Assembly: GCA_005786885.1 (NCBI GenBank)
Contig: SYCR01000039.1
Coordinates: 1 to 61,141 of the forward strand
Source: Actinomycetota bacterium
GTDB taxonomy: Bacteria > Actinomycetota > Actinomycetes > Nanopelagicales > Nanopelagicaceae
Length of the DNA stretch: 61,141 nt
Direction: 5' to 3'
Shown: positions 40,862-53,023 of the stretch, in pieces
Numbering within the stretch: the first letter of the stretch is position 1
Layout of the letters: the number at the start of each line of letters is the position of its first letter
Translations under genes and position numbers: made by a program
Notes under the pieces: generated by a model
What the model was told of the DNA's origin: nothing
Seen by the model: the letters and a program-made list of their open reading frames with translations, nothing else
The model's database searches: none

Positions 40862-41704
40862 ATGGAAGTAGTAATAATCACTGGAATGTCGGGTGCTGGT
40901 AGATCTACGGCAGCTCATGTGCTTGAAGATAGCAATTGGTATGTCGTTGATAATTTGCCTCCCGCGATGCTGCTCCCACTAATCAAAGAAGTAGAAGGTG
41001 AGCATCAAAAAGTTGCTGTTGTAATTGATGTACGTAGTAGAGCCTTTTTTGAAGAGTTGGCTCAATCTCTTGCTGCACTAAAGCAGATGCAAGTAAATGT
41101 AAGAATTCTATTTTTAGATTCAGCTGATGAGATATTGGTGAGAAGGTACGAGGCAACTCGTCGACCTCATCCTTTGCAGGCTGGAGACCGAATTTTTGAT
41201 GGAGTTACTCGAGAGCGGAAGTTGCTTGGCGACTTAAGAGCGACGGCAGATATAGTGTTGGATACGAGCGCACTAAATGTGCATCAACTCGGAAACAAAA
41301 TCGGCGAAGTTTTTGCGCAACTCAGTGATCGCGGCATTCATCTTTCACTACTTTCTTTCGGATATAAATTTGGAATTCCTTATGATGCGGATTTTATTTT
41401 GGATTGTCGATTCATACCAAATCCACATTGGGTGCCCGAGTTGCAGCCATTATCAGGAAAAGATGGTGCAGTTGCAAAAATGGTTTTAGATAATACCGCG
41501 ACTAAAGATTTTATCAATAATTTTTTGCAGCTATTTAACGGAACAAAAGATGGCTTCCTGCAAGAAGGTAAAAGGTACTTAACAATTGCAATAGGGTGCA
41601 CCGGCGGACGTCACCGAAGTGTCGCAGTCAGCGAATTTTTAGCTAACGAGTTTAGAAATCAAAAAATTGATACAACATTGAATCATCGAGATTTGGATCG
41701 CTAG
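40862..41704 (+). CDS. rapZ: RNase adapter / nucleotide-binding protein RapZ
   Basis: P-loop ITGMSGAGRS and motifs DVRF.PNPHW and IGCTGG.HRSV. I set the start at the ATG at 40862, downstream of AGGAGG and GGAG. The track ORF starts at an upstream TTG. Confidence 0.9.
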   Translation: MEVVIITGMSGAGRSTAAHVLEDSNWYVVDNLPPAMLLPLIKEVEGEHQKVAVVIDVRSRAFFEELAQSLAALKQMQVNVRILFLDSADEILVRRYEATRRPHPLQAGDRIFDGVTRERKLLGDLRATADIVLDTSALNVHQLGNKIGEVFAQLSDRGIHLSLLSFGYKFGIPYDADFILDCRFIPNPHWVPELQPLSGKDGAVAKMVLDNTATKDFINNFLQLFNGTKDGFLQEGKRYLTIAIGCTGGRHRSVAVSEFLANEFRNQKIDTTLNHRDLDR

Positions 41705-42633
41705 TGAGCACTCCAATTGTGGCTTTTGGCGGAGGACATGGGCTCGCGGCCATGTTAAGCGCTTTGAGAGATATCAGTAGTGAGATCACTGCTGTTGTTA
41801 CCGTTGCCGACAATGGAGGATCCAGCGGTCAGCTTCGCTCTGAATTTGGAGTGATGCCACCAGGAGATCTGCGCATGGCGCTATCAGCTTTATGTTCTGA
41901 TGATGAATGGGGAAGCAGTTGGGCACAGACATTGCAACACCGCTTTGAAAGTGCAGGACCATTAAACGGTCATGCCTTGGGAAATTTACTACTCACTGCC
42001 CTTTGGAATTTGAATAATGATCCCGTAGTTGGCCTAGACAAGGTCGGTGAACTTTTGCGAATTGTAGGGAGAGTGCTGCCAATGGCTGCCATCCCAATTG
42101 AGATTGAAGCAACGTTAAAACCACTCTCTAATAGTCAGACAGGAAGAGTGATTCGCGGGCAAGTTGAAGTTGCAGAGGCTGCGAGTGAAGTTGTCAGCGT
42201 TCGCTTAATTCCAGATTCCCCTCCAGTCCTGTCTGAGGTTCTGGAAGCAATCGAAAAGGCAGAATGGATAACCATTGGACCTGGCTCTTGGTATTCCAGT
42301 GTTTTACCGCATCTCCTTGTTCCACAAATTCGAACAGCGCTAGCGACCACAAATGCCAAAATTGTGGTGTTTTTGAACCTTGATGCACGGACCATTAAGG
42401 ATGAAGCAAGTGCCCTTTCACCTGAAGTTCAAATTGAATTTCTGAAAACTCATGCACCAGAGGTCAAAATCGACTACCTTGTCGCTGATAACTCCATAAA
42501 AACCACTGGACTCGAAGCAATTGCACGGAAGTATGAAGCGCAATTAATCCTGAGTGATTTAGCCCAACATCCAGGAAGCGATCAACATGATCGTTTCAAG
42601 GTACTTTCCACCTTAAAGAATTTGATTGGATAA
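41704..42633 (+). CDS. yvcK: YvcK/CofD-family gluconeogenesis factor
   Basis: 309 aa with GGGHGL, V.DNGGSSG.LR and GPGS.YSS..P motifs and conserved rapZ-yvcK-whiA synteny. Confidence 0.85.
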   Translation: MSTPIVAFGGGHGLAAMLSALRDISSEITAVVTVADNGGSSGQLRSEFGVMPPGDLRMALSALCSDDEWGSSWAQTLQHRFESAGPLNGHALGNLLLTALWNLNNDPVVGLDKVGELLRIVGRVLPMAAIPIEIEATLKPLSNSQTGRVIRGQVEVAEAASEVVSVRLIPDSPPVLSEVLEAIEKAEWITIGPGSWYSSVLPHLLVPQIRTALATTNAKIVVFLNLDARTIKDEASALSPEVQIEFLKTHAPEVKIDYLVADNSIKTTGLEAIARKYEAQLILSDLAQHPGSDQHDRFKVLSTLKNLIG

Positions 42634-42648
42634 ATGAATGGCAACAAA

Positions 42649-43638
42649 ATGGCTATGACAGCAGCAGTTAAGGACGAGTTGAGCCGTTTAGCGGTTTCAA
42701 AGCCATGCTGTCGAAAAGCAGAAGTTTCTGCGCTACTTAGATTTGCTGGCGGATTACATTTAACAGGTGGAAAAGTTGTAGTAGAGGTTGAGTTAGATAC
42801 CGCACAAAGTGCACGGCGACTCAGAAAAGAAATTTCTGAAATTTATGGACATGAAAGCGACCTAACCGTTGTTTCTCCGGGTGGAATGCGCAAAGCCAGT
42901 AGGTACATGGTCCGAGTTGCCGAAACAGGAGAGGCGCTTGCCAGGCAAACAGGTTTAATCGATTCAAACGGCAGGCCGATTCGAGGATTACCGCCGCAAG
43001 TTGTTTCCGCTGCTAAGTGCGATGCAGAAGCAGCATGGCGCGGGGCATTTTTGGCGCATGGTTCTCTGACTGAACCTGGAAGATCTTCCGCGTTAGAGAT
43101 AACTGCACCTGGACCAGAAGCGGCATTAGCTTTGGTTGGCGCTGCAAGGAGATTGGGAATCACTGCAAAGGCTCGTGAAGTTAGAGGTGTGGATCGAGTA
43201 GTTCTGCGTGATGGAGATGCAATTGGTGCACTGCTTACTTTAATGGGAGCACATGAGAGTGTTCTTGCATGGGAAGAACGCAGAATGCGTCGCGAAGTTC
43301 GTGCGACCGCAAATCGATTAGCAAACTTTGATGATGCAAATTTACGAAGATCAGCAAGAGCTGCAGTTGCTGCTGCTGCAAGAGTCGCTCGTGCTATCGA
43401 AATATTAGGAGAAGACATACCGCAACATCTTTTGGAAGCAGGTCAACTTCGCATAGAGCACGGTCAAGCAAGTCTCGAAGAGCTCGGTTCACTTGCAACT
43501 CCACCAATGACAAAAGATGCAATTGCTGGTCGAATTCGCCGTTTATTAGCAATGGCAGATAAAAGAGCCACAGAATTGGGAATTGCAGATACAGAGGCCG
43601 GAATTCCGCCCGAATTGCTAGAGGATTCACAAGAATAA
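42649..43638 (+). CDS. whiA: sporulation/cell-division transcriptional regulator WhiA
   Basis: Collinear with mycobacterial WhiA as I recall it ([55 protein letters not shown]). I set the start at the ATG at 42649. Confidence 0.95.
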   Translation: MAMTAAVKDELSRLAVSKPCCRKAEVSALLRFAGGLHLTGGKVVVEVELDTAQSARRLRKEISEIYGHESDLTVVSPGGMRKASRYMVRVAETGEALARQTGLIDSNGRPIRGLPPQVVSAAKCDAEAAWRGAFLAHGSLTEPGRSSALEITAPGPEAALALVGAARRLGITAKAREVRGVDRVVLRDGDAIGALLTLMGAHESVLAWEERRMRREVRATANRLANFDDANLRRSARAAVAAAARVARAIEILGEDIPQHLLEAGQLRIEHGQASLEELGSLATPPMTKDAIAGRIRRLLAMADKRATELGIADTEAGIPPELLEDSQE

Positions 43639-43732
43639 GCGAGCAGTGGGTTTCATCGAAATGATAAGGTTGGCGTTGGCAATGCTTACAGGTTTTTAGT
43701 GAAGTTTTTGTTTAGAAACAATTGCATTTTAA

Positions 43733-44749
<1,017 letters not shown>

Positions 44750-44762
44750 GTGGCAATAGAGA

Positions 44763-45938
44763 ATGAGAACTCTCGAAGATTTTGATTTCGCGGGCAAATC
44801 AATTATTTTGCGTTGTGATTTAAATGTCCCACTAGATGGAAATCTGATCACAGACGATGGCCGAATCAAAGCATCTTTACCCACTATTAAATATCTCTTA
44901 GATGATGGTGCCAGAATTACAATTTTGGCTCATTTAGGCCGTCCAAAAAATGGCTTCGAAAATTCATTTTCACTTGCTCCCGTGGCTAGCAGATTGAGTG
45001 AACTGTTAGATCTTCCTGTCGTGCTCGCTAAAGAACTATCTGACTTAAGTGGTAATTCAAATTCAACAAACAAGATCCAAATGCTAGAAAACATTAGATT
45101 CTTCCCGGAAGAAACCAGTAAAGACGAAAATGAACGGTCAGCTTTTGCAAAACAATTAGCTGAATTTGGCGATATATATGTTGGAGATGGTTTTGGTGCG
45201 GTCCATCGAAAACACGCCTCTGTCTACGAATTACCAAAATTGATACCAAATGCCGCAGGTAAGTTGATAACGGCGGAGGTTGAAGTGCTAAAGAAGTTAA
45301 CCGAGAATCCAACAAGACCTTATGCAGTAGTGCTCGGTGGCGCGAAAGTTTCCGACAAAATTGGAGTCATTTCAAATTTGATTGAAAAAGTTGATGTGCT
45401 TGCTATCGGCGGTGGCATGGTATTCACCTTTATTAGCGCACTTGGTCATCAAATTGGAAAGAGCATGGTCGATTTAGAATTAATCGACAATGTTAAAGTG
45501 CTAATTAAACGTGCAGAGGAATCAAATGTTAAATTATTACTACCTTCAGACGTGGTCGTAGCCCCATCTTTCACAAAAAATGCGCCAGCAACTGTGGTTT
45601 CTGTGAACAAAATTCCGGCCGACCAAATGGGATTAGATATTGGTCCTGATTCGGCTAAAGCTTATGTATTGGCGTTACAAGGTTGCGAAACTGTTTTCTG
45701 GAATGGCCCTATGGGGGTTTTTGAGTTTCCATCATTTGCCCATGGAACTAGAACTGTGGCACAAGCACTTAGTGAAAATTCTGGGTTTTGTGTCGTGGGT
45801 GGCGGAGATTCGGCGGCTGCTATCCGTACGATGGGCTTTGATGATGAGCAGTTCGGTTACATATCAACCGGAGGCGGAGCATCACTGGAATACCTTGAAG
45901 GAAAACTCCTTCCTGGATTAATCGCACTGGAGTCTTGA
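44763..45938 (+). CDS. pgk: phosphoglycerate kinase
   Basis: 391 aa with [22 protein letters not shown] and STGGGASLE motifs. Confidence 0.97.
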   Translation: MRTLEDFDFAGKSIILRCDLNVPLDGNLITDDGRIKASLPTIKYLLDDGARITILAHLGRPKNGFENSFSLAPVASRLSELLDLPVVLAKELSDLSGNSNSTNKIQMLENIRFFPEETSKDENERSAFAKQLAEFGDIYVGDGFGAVHRKHASVYELPKLIPNAAGKLITAEVEVLKKLTENPTRPYAVVLGGAKVSDKIGVISNLIEKVDVLAIGGGMVFTFISALGHQIGKSMVDLELIDNVKVLIKRAEESNVKLLLPSDVVVAPSFTKNAPATVVSVNKIPADQMGLDIGPDSAKAYVLALQGCETVFWNGPMGVFEFPSFAHGTRTVAQALSENSGFCVVGGGDSAAAIRTMGFDDEQFGYISTGGGASLEYLEGKLLPGLIALES

Positions 45939-46708
45939 TGTCACGTAAGCCATTAATAGCCGGTAATTGGAAGATGAACTTAAATCATCTTGAGGCGATT
46001 GCAGTCGTGCAAAAGTTGGCATTTATGGTTGACGACAAAGATTTCGATGCCGTAGATGTCGCTGTCATTCCACCATTTACTGACATCCGCTCGGTACAAA
46101 CTTTGATCGATGGCGATAGGTTGCGTTTACTTTATGGAGCCCAGGATCTATCTCCAAAAAATTCAGGTGCGTTTACCGGAGATATATCTGGGGCGATGTT
46201 GGCAAAACTCGGCTGCACTTTTGTAATTGTTGGACACAGCGAAAGACGCGAACATCACAATGAGGATGATTCGATGGTAAACAGTAAACTCAAAGCAGCA
46301 TTAACAAACGGAATCTCACCAATTTTATGTGTTGGCGAAAGTGCTCTCATCAGAGCAGAAAATGGGCAAGTGGCTCATGTAATTTCACAATTGAAATCAG
46401 CTTTGAGTGGGATTACACCTGCGCAAGTTAAAAAAATTGTAATTGCCTACGAACCAATCTGGGCGATCGGGACTGGGAATGTGGCAACTCCTGAAGATGC
46501 ACAAAATATGGCGCAGGCCATCAGGGCACAAATTGCAAAAGTAGCCGGGGCTGAAATTGGGGAAAGTATGCGGATCCTCTACGGTGGATCGGTTAAATCT
46601 GGAACTATCCGTGAAATCATGGCTGGGGCTGACGTTGACGGCGCATTGGTAGGGGGAGCGAGCCTTGAACCTGAGGAGTTTGCCCGAATCGCTAAATTTC
46701 ACCGGTAG
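45935..46708 (+). CDS. tpiA: triosephosphate isomerase
   Basis: 257 aa with AGNWKMN, GHSERR and [11 protein letters not shown] motifs. ATGA-type overlap with pgk. Confidence 0.97.
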   Translation: MMSRKPLIAGNWKMNLNHLEAIAVVQKLAFMVDDKDFDAVDVAVIPPFTDIRSVQTLIDGDRLRLLYGAQDLSPKNSGAFTGDISGAMLAKLGCTFVIVGHSERREHHNEDDSMVNSKLKAALTNGISPILCVGESALIRAENGQVAHVISQLKSALSGITPAQVKKIVIAYEPIWAIGTGNVATPEDAQNMAQAIRAQIAKVAGAEIGESMRILYGGSVKSGTIREIMAGADVDGALVGGASLEPEEFARIAKFHR

Positions 46709-46766
46709 ACTCACATCTCTTGGGTTAGGGTCTAAAGCCAACGGATGAGGAAATTAGGGAGCTGTA

Positions 46767-46997
46767 ATGATCTTGGGATTATCTATATTTTTGATGGCCT
46801 TGAGCGCATTGATGATTTTGTTGGTCTTGCTTCATAAAGGAAAAGGTAGCGGATTATCTGATCTATTTGGTGGAGGAGTTTCCTCAAACTACGGTGGCTC
46901 ATCAGTTGTCGAACGAAACCTTGATCGCATCACAATTGTCGTTGGTGGATTATGGTTTGCCGCTATCGTTGCTTTAAGTTTGTTATTAAAGAATTAA
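46767..46997 (+). CDS. secG: preprotein translocase subunit SecG
   Basis: 76 aa and two TM helices flanking a Gly-rich loop (KGKGSGLSDLFGGG). Conserved position after tpiA. Confidence 0.85.
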   Translation: MILGLSIFLMALSALMILLVLLHKGKGSGLSDLFGGGVSSNYGGSSVVERNLDRITIVVGGLWFAAIVALSLLLKN

Positions 46998-47033
46998 ATA
47001 ACTTTTTATCAGGGTAATCAAAAGGAGTAGTAA

Positions 47034-47378
47034 ATGGCTGGTGGAAGCGCAATTCGCGGTAGTCGCGTTGGAGCAGGCCCAATGGGTGAAGCAGAACGTG
47101 GCGATGCAATAGCAAGATTTCGCATCTCATACTGGTGCGCAAATGACCACGAGACCAGGCCGTCTTTTGCCGATGACGGTTCAGTAACTCCACCAGATGA
47201 GTGGGATTGTCCTCGGTGTGGATTTCCAGCCGGTCGCGACCGCAATGCTCCACCAAAGCCAATTAAGAATGAACCTTATAAAACACATTTAGCTTATGTA
47301 AAAGAACGCAGAACTGACACCGAAGGTGCCGCATTACTTGAAGAAGCTCTTAAAAGACTTCGCGGAGAGATTGATTAA
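47034..47378 (+). CDS. rbpA: RNA polymerase-binding protein RbpA
   Basis: 114 aa with RbpA motifs (RISYWC.N.HET...F, WDCPRCG.PAG, KTHLAYVKERR). An AAGGAG SD lies upstream. Confidence 0.9.
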   Translation: MAGGSAIRGSRVGAGPMGEAERGDAIARFRISYWCANDHETRPSFADDGSVTPPDEWDCPRCGFPAGRDRNAPPKPIKNEPYKTHLAYVKERRTDTEGAALLEEALKRLRGEID

Positions 47379-48855
47379 TTTTATTTAGAGTCAAATCTTT
47401 CGTTAAAGTCAGATATAGAACATTTAACTTACTTTCAATCAAAGCAGCTAAATCTCCCATAGCTTGAGCTTTTTGTAATTGTGCAAAGGTGTAACTCTGT
47501 CCGGGAATCGCTAAATCCTCCTCGACGTCATGAGTTAGAATTAGAAATGATCCAGTAGGAACTCCACCTTTGTGGAATTGCCCAGTTGAGTGAAGATATC
47601 TCGGGCCCCATCCAACTGTGATTGGAAAATCAAATCTATTTCTTAAAGCACCTGTTAATTCATTGATCTGCTCCTCATAGGATTTGGGCAAGAAAGCAAG
47701 TATTCCAAGGTAGCCAATAGGGTTAGTTTTTAAAATAAAATCTTTCAATAAACTCAGAAGTTGATTATCTGGGATTTTCATAATGGAGCTTTGCTTGTCT
47801 GCCAAAACCGAATTTGCACGCTCTTTCGCGAGGGTCACGTTTGGTTGATCAAAGGGATTAACTTCGATCAGATAACACAGCAGAGCGGTGGTCCACTCCC
47901 AAAAAATAAATTGACCACCAAGAGATGTGCTCAAGTACACCTCATTCTTGTGATTTTCACCTGAAGAGGGAGCGAAAACAATCCTGATAATGTCAGAATT
48001 TTTAGAGCGTTCGCTTTCTATTACCGGCAGAAGACCTTTTCCTTCTTTGCCAGTTGATTCCGCAATCAATTGTTCAATCCATTGGCTCAAAGGCGTCTCG
48101 GGCAACGAAATGAAAGTGGCACCATTTTGATAAATTGCCAACGCAAGTAAGACAGCAGGATTGCTTGGTTTAGCTAATTCGAGGGCAATATCATGGGCTT
48201 CGTCAAGTAAAATTGATACATCAATTCCACAAATGGCTGCTGGCGCTAAGCCGAAAGCAGACAAGGCGCTAAACCTTCCACCCACATCAGCGAATCCATT
48301 TAATACTTGAACGGCGTGCTCTTTTGCCCAAATCTCCAAAGCAGAATTAGGATCAGTTATAACTAAAAGATGGTCACGAATATCTAATTTCTGCTTTATC
48401 AACTCTGCGTGGAAGAGTACTCGATGAGAGTTAGTTTCAATAGTACTTCCAGATTTAGAAGCAAATATAAATAATGTATGGCTCAAATCTGATTCTAGAA
48501 TTGGAAGTAAATCCGCTGGATCAGTCGAATCTAGGATTATTAATGGAAGTTCTGTTTCTAGATTTGAGGCTGCAATAACTTCAGGTGCCAGTGAAGAGCC
48601 GCCCATACCGCACAGGAGTATTCGAGATATAGAATTTTTACGGCGTAGTGCAGCGATGGCATCAAATTTAGGCAAGAGATGATTGGATTTTGTAGGTAAA
48701 TCAATCCATCCCAAGCGATTTAAAACTTCATTTTCAGCAGATTTACCCCAAAGGAGAGAATCGCGATTTAATAATCTCTCATTAGCTAAATTCAATTTTT
48801 CAAGAAGAGTGCTTTTGGCAGCCAAATCAATCGGCAAACCAGTTATAGAGATCAC
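47350..48855 (-). CDS. pgi: glucose-6-phosphate isomerase
   Basis: 501 aa SIS-type protein with a PGI signature-like ADVGGRFSALSAFGL and GMGGSSL. The start overlaps the tal stop. Its 3' end overlaps the convergent rbpA by 29 nt. Confidence 0.8.
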   Translation of the reverse strand: MISITGLPIDLAAKSTLLEKLNLANERLLNRDSLLWGKSAENEVLNRLGWIDLPTKSNHLLPKFDAIAALRRKNSISRILLCGMGGSSLAPEVIAASNLETELPLIILDSTDPADLLPILESDLSHTLFIFASKSGSTIETNSHRVLFHAELIKQKLDIRDHLLVITDPNSALEIWAKEHAVQVLNGFADVGGRFSALSAFGLAPAAICGIDVSILLDEAHDIALELAKPSNPAVLLALAIYQNGATFISLPETPLSQWIEQLIAESTGKEGKGLLPVIESERSKNSDIIRIVFAPSSGENHKNEVYLSTSLGGQFIFWEWTTALLCYLIEVNPFDQPNVTLAKERANSVLADKQSSIMKIPDNQLLSLLKDFILKTNPIGYLGILAFLPKSYEEQINELTGALRNRFDFPITVGWGPRYLHSTGQFHKGGVPTGSFLILTHDVEEDLAIPGQSYTFAQLQKAQAMGDLAALIESKLNVLYLTLTKDLTLNKINQSLREVF

Positions 48856-49961
48856 GCTAGTGCTTGCTCAACTGTTTGCAGTAGATGGTTCCATGATTCC
48901 TCGAACTTCTTTATCCCATCAACTTCCAGATCGTTCACAATTTTGTTGTAATCAATTCCTATATTGCTCAAGTCGCGCAAAACTACGTGTGCGTTCATTA
49001 TTTCAGTTGAAATAGAATCTTTGATAACTGGATCAAGATCGTGCACTGCTCGCAATGTTGCTTCGGGCATAGTATTGACAGTCAATGGAGCAGCTAATTC
49101 AGTGACATATTTATCTTTGCTGTAAGACGGATCTTTGACGCCAGTGGATGCCCAAAGTAAGCGTTGTGGAAATGCTCCGGAGGTTGCTAATTTTTTCCAT
49201 CGATCGCTTTGGGAAAAACTTGAGAATATCTCATAAGCTAAATGCGCGTTAGCGACCGCTGCTTTCCCTCGCAGGGGAGCGGCTTTATCAGATGAGATGC
49301 GATCTAGAATTGGATCAATTGCGGTATCAACTCGACTCACAAAAAAGGATGCAACAGATTGAATTTTTGAAACATCAGCACCGGTGGCTAGTCGTTTTTC
49401 CAATCCAGAAACATACGCAAGTAAAACTTTTTCGTATCTTTCGGTTGAGAAAATCAAGGTCACATTCACGCTAATTCCTTCAGAAATTAAAAGTTCTATT
49501 GCTGGCAACCCTGCCAAAGTGGCTGGTACCTTAATGAAAAGATTTTCGCGTCCCACTTCTATCCATAGTTCACGAGCTTGATCGATTGTCTCCTGAGTTT
49601 TGTGGGCGAGTCTTGGGTCAACCTCGATACTCACTCGACCATCCATGCCTTTAGTTTTACGAAAAGTATCTAGTAGTAGATCGCAGGCATCTCGAACATC
49701 TGTTGTGGTTACTGTTCTAATGGCTTGATCTACTGAAGCGCCGGCCTTTTTCAATTCGGCAAATGCATCAGCGTACGTTTGTGAATCTTTTAAAGCGTTA
49801 TCAAAAATTGAGGGATTGGTGGTTACGCCTACGACCGAATAGTTCTCGATTAAGTTCTTTAGCGAAGAATCACTTTCAGGATTTATCAGGCGGGATCTAG
49901 ATAGATCATCAAGCCAAACTGAAGTTCCGAGCGTTGATAAATTCTGAAGTGCATTTGACAT
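48852..49961 (-). CDS. tal: transaldolase (long actinobacterial type)
   Basis: 369 aa with motifs GTSVWLDDLSR, GVTTNPSIF and IKVPAT..GL.AI. Confidence 0.93.
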   Translation of the reverse strand: MSNALQNLSTLGTSVWLDDLSRSRLINPESDSSLKNLIENYSVVGVTTNPSIFDNALKDSQTYADAFAELKKAGASVDQAIRTVTTTDVRDACDLLLDTFRKTKGMDGRVSIEVDPRLAHKTQETIDQARELWIEVGRENLFIKVPATLAGLPAIELLISEGISVNVTLIFSTERYEKVLLAYVSGLEKRLATGADVSKIQSVASFFVSRVDTAIDPILDRISSDKAAPLRGKAAVANAHLAYEIFSSFSQSDRWKKLATSGAFPQRLLWASTGVKDPSYSKDKYVTELAAPLTVNTMPEATLRAVHDLDPVIKDSISTEIMNAHVVLRDLSNIGIDYNKIVNDLEVDGIKKFEESWNHLLQTVEQALA

Positions 49962-52033
49962 TACAAAACATCTTCAACGAGTGCGACAACTTGTTCGGTG
50001 GTAAATCCGAAGGCGGCAAATAACTCCTTCGCTGAAGCAGAGGCGCCAAAATGTTCAAGAGAGATAGACCTACCAGCGCTGCCAGTAAATTCTGCCCAAC
50101 CCATGGAAATTCCGGCTTCGATACTTACTCGCGCGCTTATGGATTTTGGTAACACGCTTTCTTGATATTTGGCAGTTTGAGAGCGGAACCATTCCCAACA
50201 CGGCATGCTTACAACTCTCACTGGAATTTTCTTATTTGCTAACTCTTCTTGCGCTGCCAGTGCCAATGAAACTTCGGAACCAGTTGCGATCAATATCGCT
50301 TTAGGTCTCTCTCCGGATGCTGGTTCTCTTAAAATGTACGCACCTTTTGTGGCGCCGATTGCAGAATTACATTCACTGCGGTCAAATACCGGCAAGTTTT
50401 GTCTAGATAGTAGCAATCCTGCAGGTCTGGCATTTTCAATAATCTGCCCCCAGCATTGCGCCACTTCATTTGCATCTGCAGGTCTAACTACATCAAGACC
50501 GGGAATGGCACGGAGTGCTGCGGCATGTTCTACAGGTTGATGGGTAGGGCCATCTTCTCCTAAACCAATTGAATCATGACTCCAAATATAAGTAACTGGC
50601 AGTTTCATCAGAGCAGCTAGGCGAACCGAAGGACGCATGTAATCACTGAAAACTAAAAATGTTCCACCAAACGGCTTGGTTCCACCATGCAGTGCAATTC
50701 CGTTCATAATCGCACCCATTGCATGTTCGCGAATTCCAAAGTGAATAACTCGTCCATAAGGATCAGCAGAAGCTGAGGATGATGATGAAGGAAGGAAAGA
50801 TTTTGCCTCCTCAATCGTCGTGTTATTGCTCTCTGCTAAATCGGCTGAACCTCCCCACATTTCGGGTAGTAGCGCTGCCAATTTCTGAATTACATCTCCC
50901 GAAGCCTTACGCGTTGAAATTTCTTTTTCGCTAGAAAATTCAGGTAGCGCCGAACGCCAATTTTTTGGCAACTCTCTATTTATTAAGCGATCAGATAATT
51001 CGGCTGCTGCCTTATTGTTGTTACGCCAATTCTCGAATCTCTTGTTCCATTCATTTCTGGAAGCACTTGCACGGTCTAATACTTTTCTGGTGTGATTGAG
51101 AACCTCTTCTGGCATTGCAAAATCCTGATTAGGATCTAATCCCAACGCAACCTTGGTTGCTGCAACTTCTTCAGCACCAAGTGCGGAACCATGAGATTTT
51201 GAAGTTCCTTGTAGTTTTGGAGCGGGCCATGCGATTACTGTTTTCAATCGAATCAAAGTCGGTGCAACATTTTGATTTTTGGCCTTATCAATTGCCTGAT
51301 TTAGCGAAACTAGATCAACTTCACCACTTGGCAAAGTTCCAACTTCAATTACATTCCAATGATACGAACGATATCTTGCACTCACATCCTCGGTGAATGA
51401 AAGTTCAATGTCTCCCTCAATTGTTATTTTATTGTCGTCATAAATCACAATTAAATTACTTAGCTTTTGCAATCCCGCTATTGAAGAAGCTTCTGCACTG
51501 ATTCCTTCTTGTAGATCACCATCAGATGCCAGAACATAAATGTTGTGATCAAAGAGTGATGAGTTTTGCGCAGCCTTTGGATCAAAAAGTCCACGCTCAT
51601 ACCGAGCGGCCATCGCCATACCTACGGCATTTCCAATTCCTTGACCTAGTGGGCCAGTTGTGGTTTCCACCCCTGCTGTGTGACCGTACTCAGGATGGCC
51701 TGGAGTGGCCGAATCCTTTTTTCTAAACTCTTTTAAATCATCAAGAGTTAATCCATATCCGGAATAGAAAAGTTGGGTGTATAAAGTCAAAGAAGAGTGA
51801 CCACATGAAAGGATAAATCGATCGCGTCCAATCCAATTTGGATCGCGCGGATCATGACGAAGATGGTGCTGAAATAAAAGGTAGGCGACCGGAGCCAAGG
51901 CCATTGCAGTTCCTGGATGACCATTTCCGGCACGTTGTACTGCATCAGCAGCTAATGCTCGAGCGTATTTAACGGCCTGATCATCAAGGTCAGTCCACCC
52001 AAGAATTTCTGATTTATTTGCACTAGGCGCCAT
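49961..52033 (-). CDS. tkt: transketolase
   Basis: 690 aa with motifs GHPG, GPLGQG, SDGDLQEG (ThDP/Mg) and EDGPTHQP. Confidence 0.97.
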   Translation of the reverse strand: MAPSANKSEILGWTDLDDQAVKYARALAADAVQRAGNGHPGTAMALAPVAYLLFQHHLRHDPRDPNWIGRDRFILSCGHSSLTLYTQLFYSGYGLTLDDLKEFRKKDSATPGHPEYGHTAGVETTTGPLGQGIGNAVGMAMAARYERGLFDPKAAQNSSLFDHNIYVLASDGDLQEGISAEASSIAGLQKLSNLIVIYDDNKITIEGDIELSFTEDVSARYRSYHWNVIEVGTLPSGEVDLVSLNQAIDKAKNQNVAPTLIRLKTVIAWPAPKLQGTSKSHGSALGAEEVAATKVALGLDPNQDFAMPEEVLNHTRKVLDRASASRNEWNKRFENWRNNNKAAAELSDRLINRELPKNWRSALPEFSSEKEISTRKASGDVIQKLAALLPEMWGGSADLAESNNTTIEEAKSFLPSSSSSASADPYGRVIHFGIREHAMGAIMNGIALHGGTKPFGGTFLVFSDYMRPSVRLAALMKLPVTYIWSHDSIGLGEDGPTHQPVEHAAALRAIPGLDVVRPADANEVAQCWGQIIENARPAGLLLSRQNLPVFDRSECNSAIGATKGAYILREPASGERPKAILIATGSEVSLALAAQEELANKKIPVRVVSMPCWEWFRSQTAKYQESVLPKSISARVSIEAGISMGWAEFTGSAGRSISLEHFGASASAKELFAAFGFTTEQVVALVEDVL

Positions 52034-52080
52034 ATTTGAAAGCCTATCTAACCCAAAGAGGAAGGAGGGTTAACTTGGAA

Positions 52081-52977
52081 TTAGGCGAGTTTTGAGTCGC
52101 GTTTACTGCTGGTACGTATTAGCAATTTACAGGCTGTGAGCCAAACTAAACACAATCCAAGCAGGTGCAACCCGACCAAAATAATCGGGACCCCAGTGAA
52201 ATATTGAAGGTATCCAATTCCTCCTTGGATCAACACTAAAATAATAAAAGTTCTAACCAATTTGAGGTGATTGGCTTGGGCTTGAGGAGAGGTGCTTATC
52301 GGCGCCAATTTTAGAAGCAAATACAGTGCAAAAATCGCACCACAAAGAGCGATGACTAAATCGGCATGAAGCCATGTAACCACTCGAATATCAAAGTTAA
52401 AGCGAGGGGCTGCTTGGTCGCCTGCGTGCGGACCAGTACCGGTAACAACTGTCCCAACAATAATTATCAAAAGAGTGAGTGAAAAAACAACGCGAACCAA
52501 GAGAACTCCGGCGTGAGTCAATGTTGCTGCTTTTGGATAATCACGGGAACGCTCATTAAGTATCACTGCGCCATAAATTAGAGCGATCGATAGCAGGAGG
52601 TGACTCGCCACAGATGCGGGATTTAATTTTGTTAAGACTGTGATGCCACCCAAAACAGCTTGACCGAAAATTCCGAGTATTTGTAGGAATGCCAAAAGTC
52701 GTAAATTTTTGCGGCCCGTTTTCAAGACCCAACCAAAAGTCACGATTGCTATTGCGGCCAAAACAAATGTGAGCAATCGATTTGCAAATTCAATCCAGAT
52801 ATTGATTAACGGTTCACTTTGATGTTCGGATGGGAGATATGACCCTTTTGCGCATTCAGGCCAAGTTGGACAGCCCAATCCAGATTTCGTCAGCCGAACG
52901 GCTCCTCCGGTGATGATCAATGCGATCTGCGCTCCTAGGAGCAAGGCAGGCAGGCGGTTTAATCGATTTCTGAGCAC
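52081..52977 (-). CDS. ctaA: heme A synthase (COX15/CtaA family)
   Basis: 298 aa polytopic protein with a GCP.WP.C motif and conserved His in paired helices (SVASHLLL, TGPHAGD, WLHADL). GTG start. Confidence 0.85.
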   Translation of the reverse strand: MLRNRLNRLPALLLGAQIALIITGGAVRLTKSGLGCPTWPECAKGSYLPSEHQSEPLINIWIEFANRLLTFVLAAIAIVTFGWVLKTGRKNLRLLAFLQILGIFGQAVLGGITVLTKLNPASVASHLLLSIALIYGAVILNERSRDYPKAATLTHAGVLLVRVVFSLTLLIIIVGTVVTGTGPHAGDQAAPRFNFDIRVVTWLHADLVIALCGAIFALYLLLKLAPISTSPQAQANHLKLVRTFIILVLIQGGIGYLQYFTGVPIILVGLHLLGLCLVWLTACKLLIRTSSKRDSKLA

Positions 52978-53023
52978 GCTCCAACCCTAGTGGGAGCCAG
53001 GTTGCAGGAGTTAGCGAATTACG

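Noticed and set aside
42843-43418. 191-aa minus-strand ORF nested inside whiA
   Set aside because: It is fully antisense to a strongly conserved gene. Its composition is Ala/Ser/Arg-rich and low-complexity, as expected from reading a conserved frame backwards. It has no recognisable motifs.
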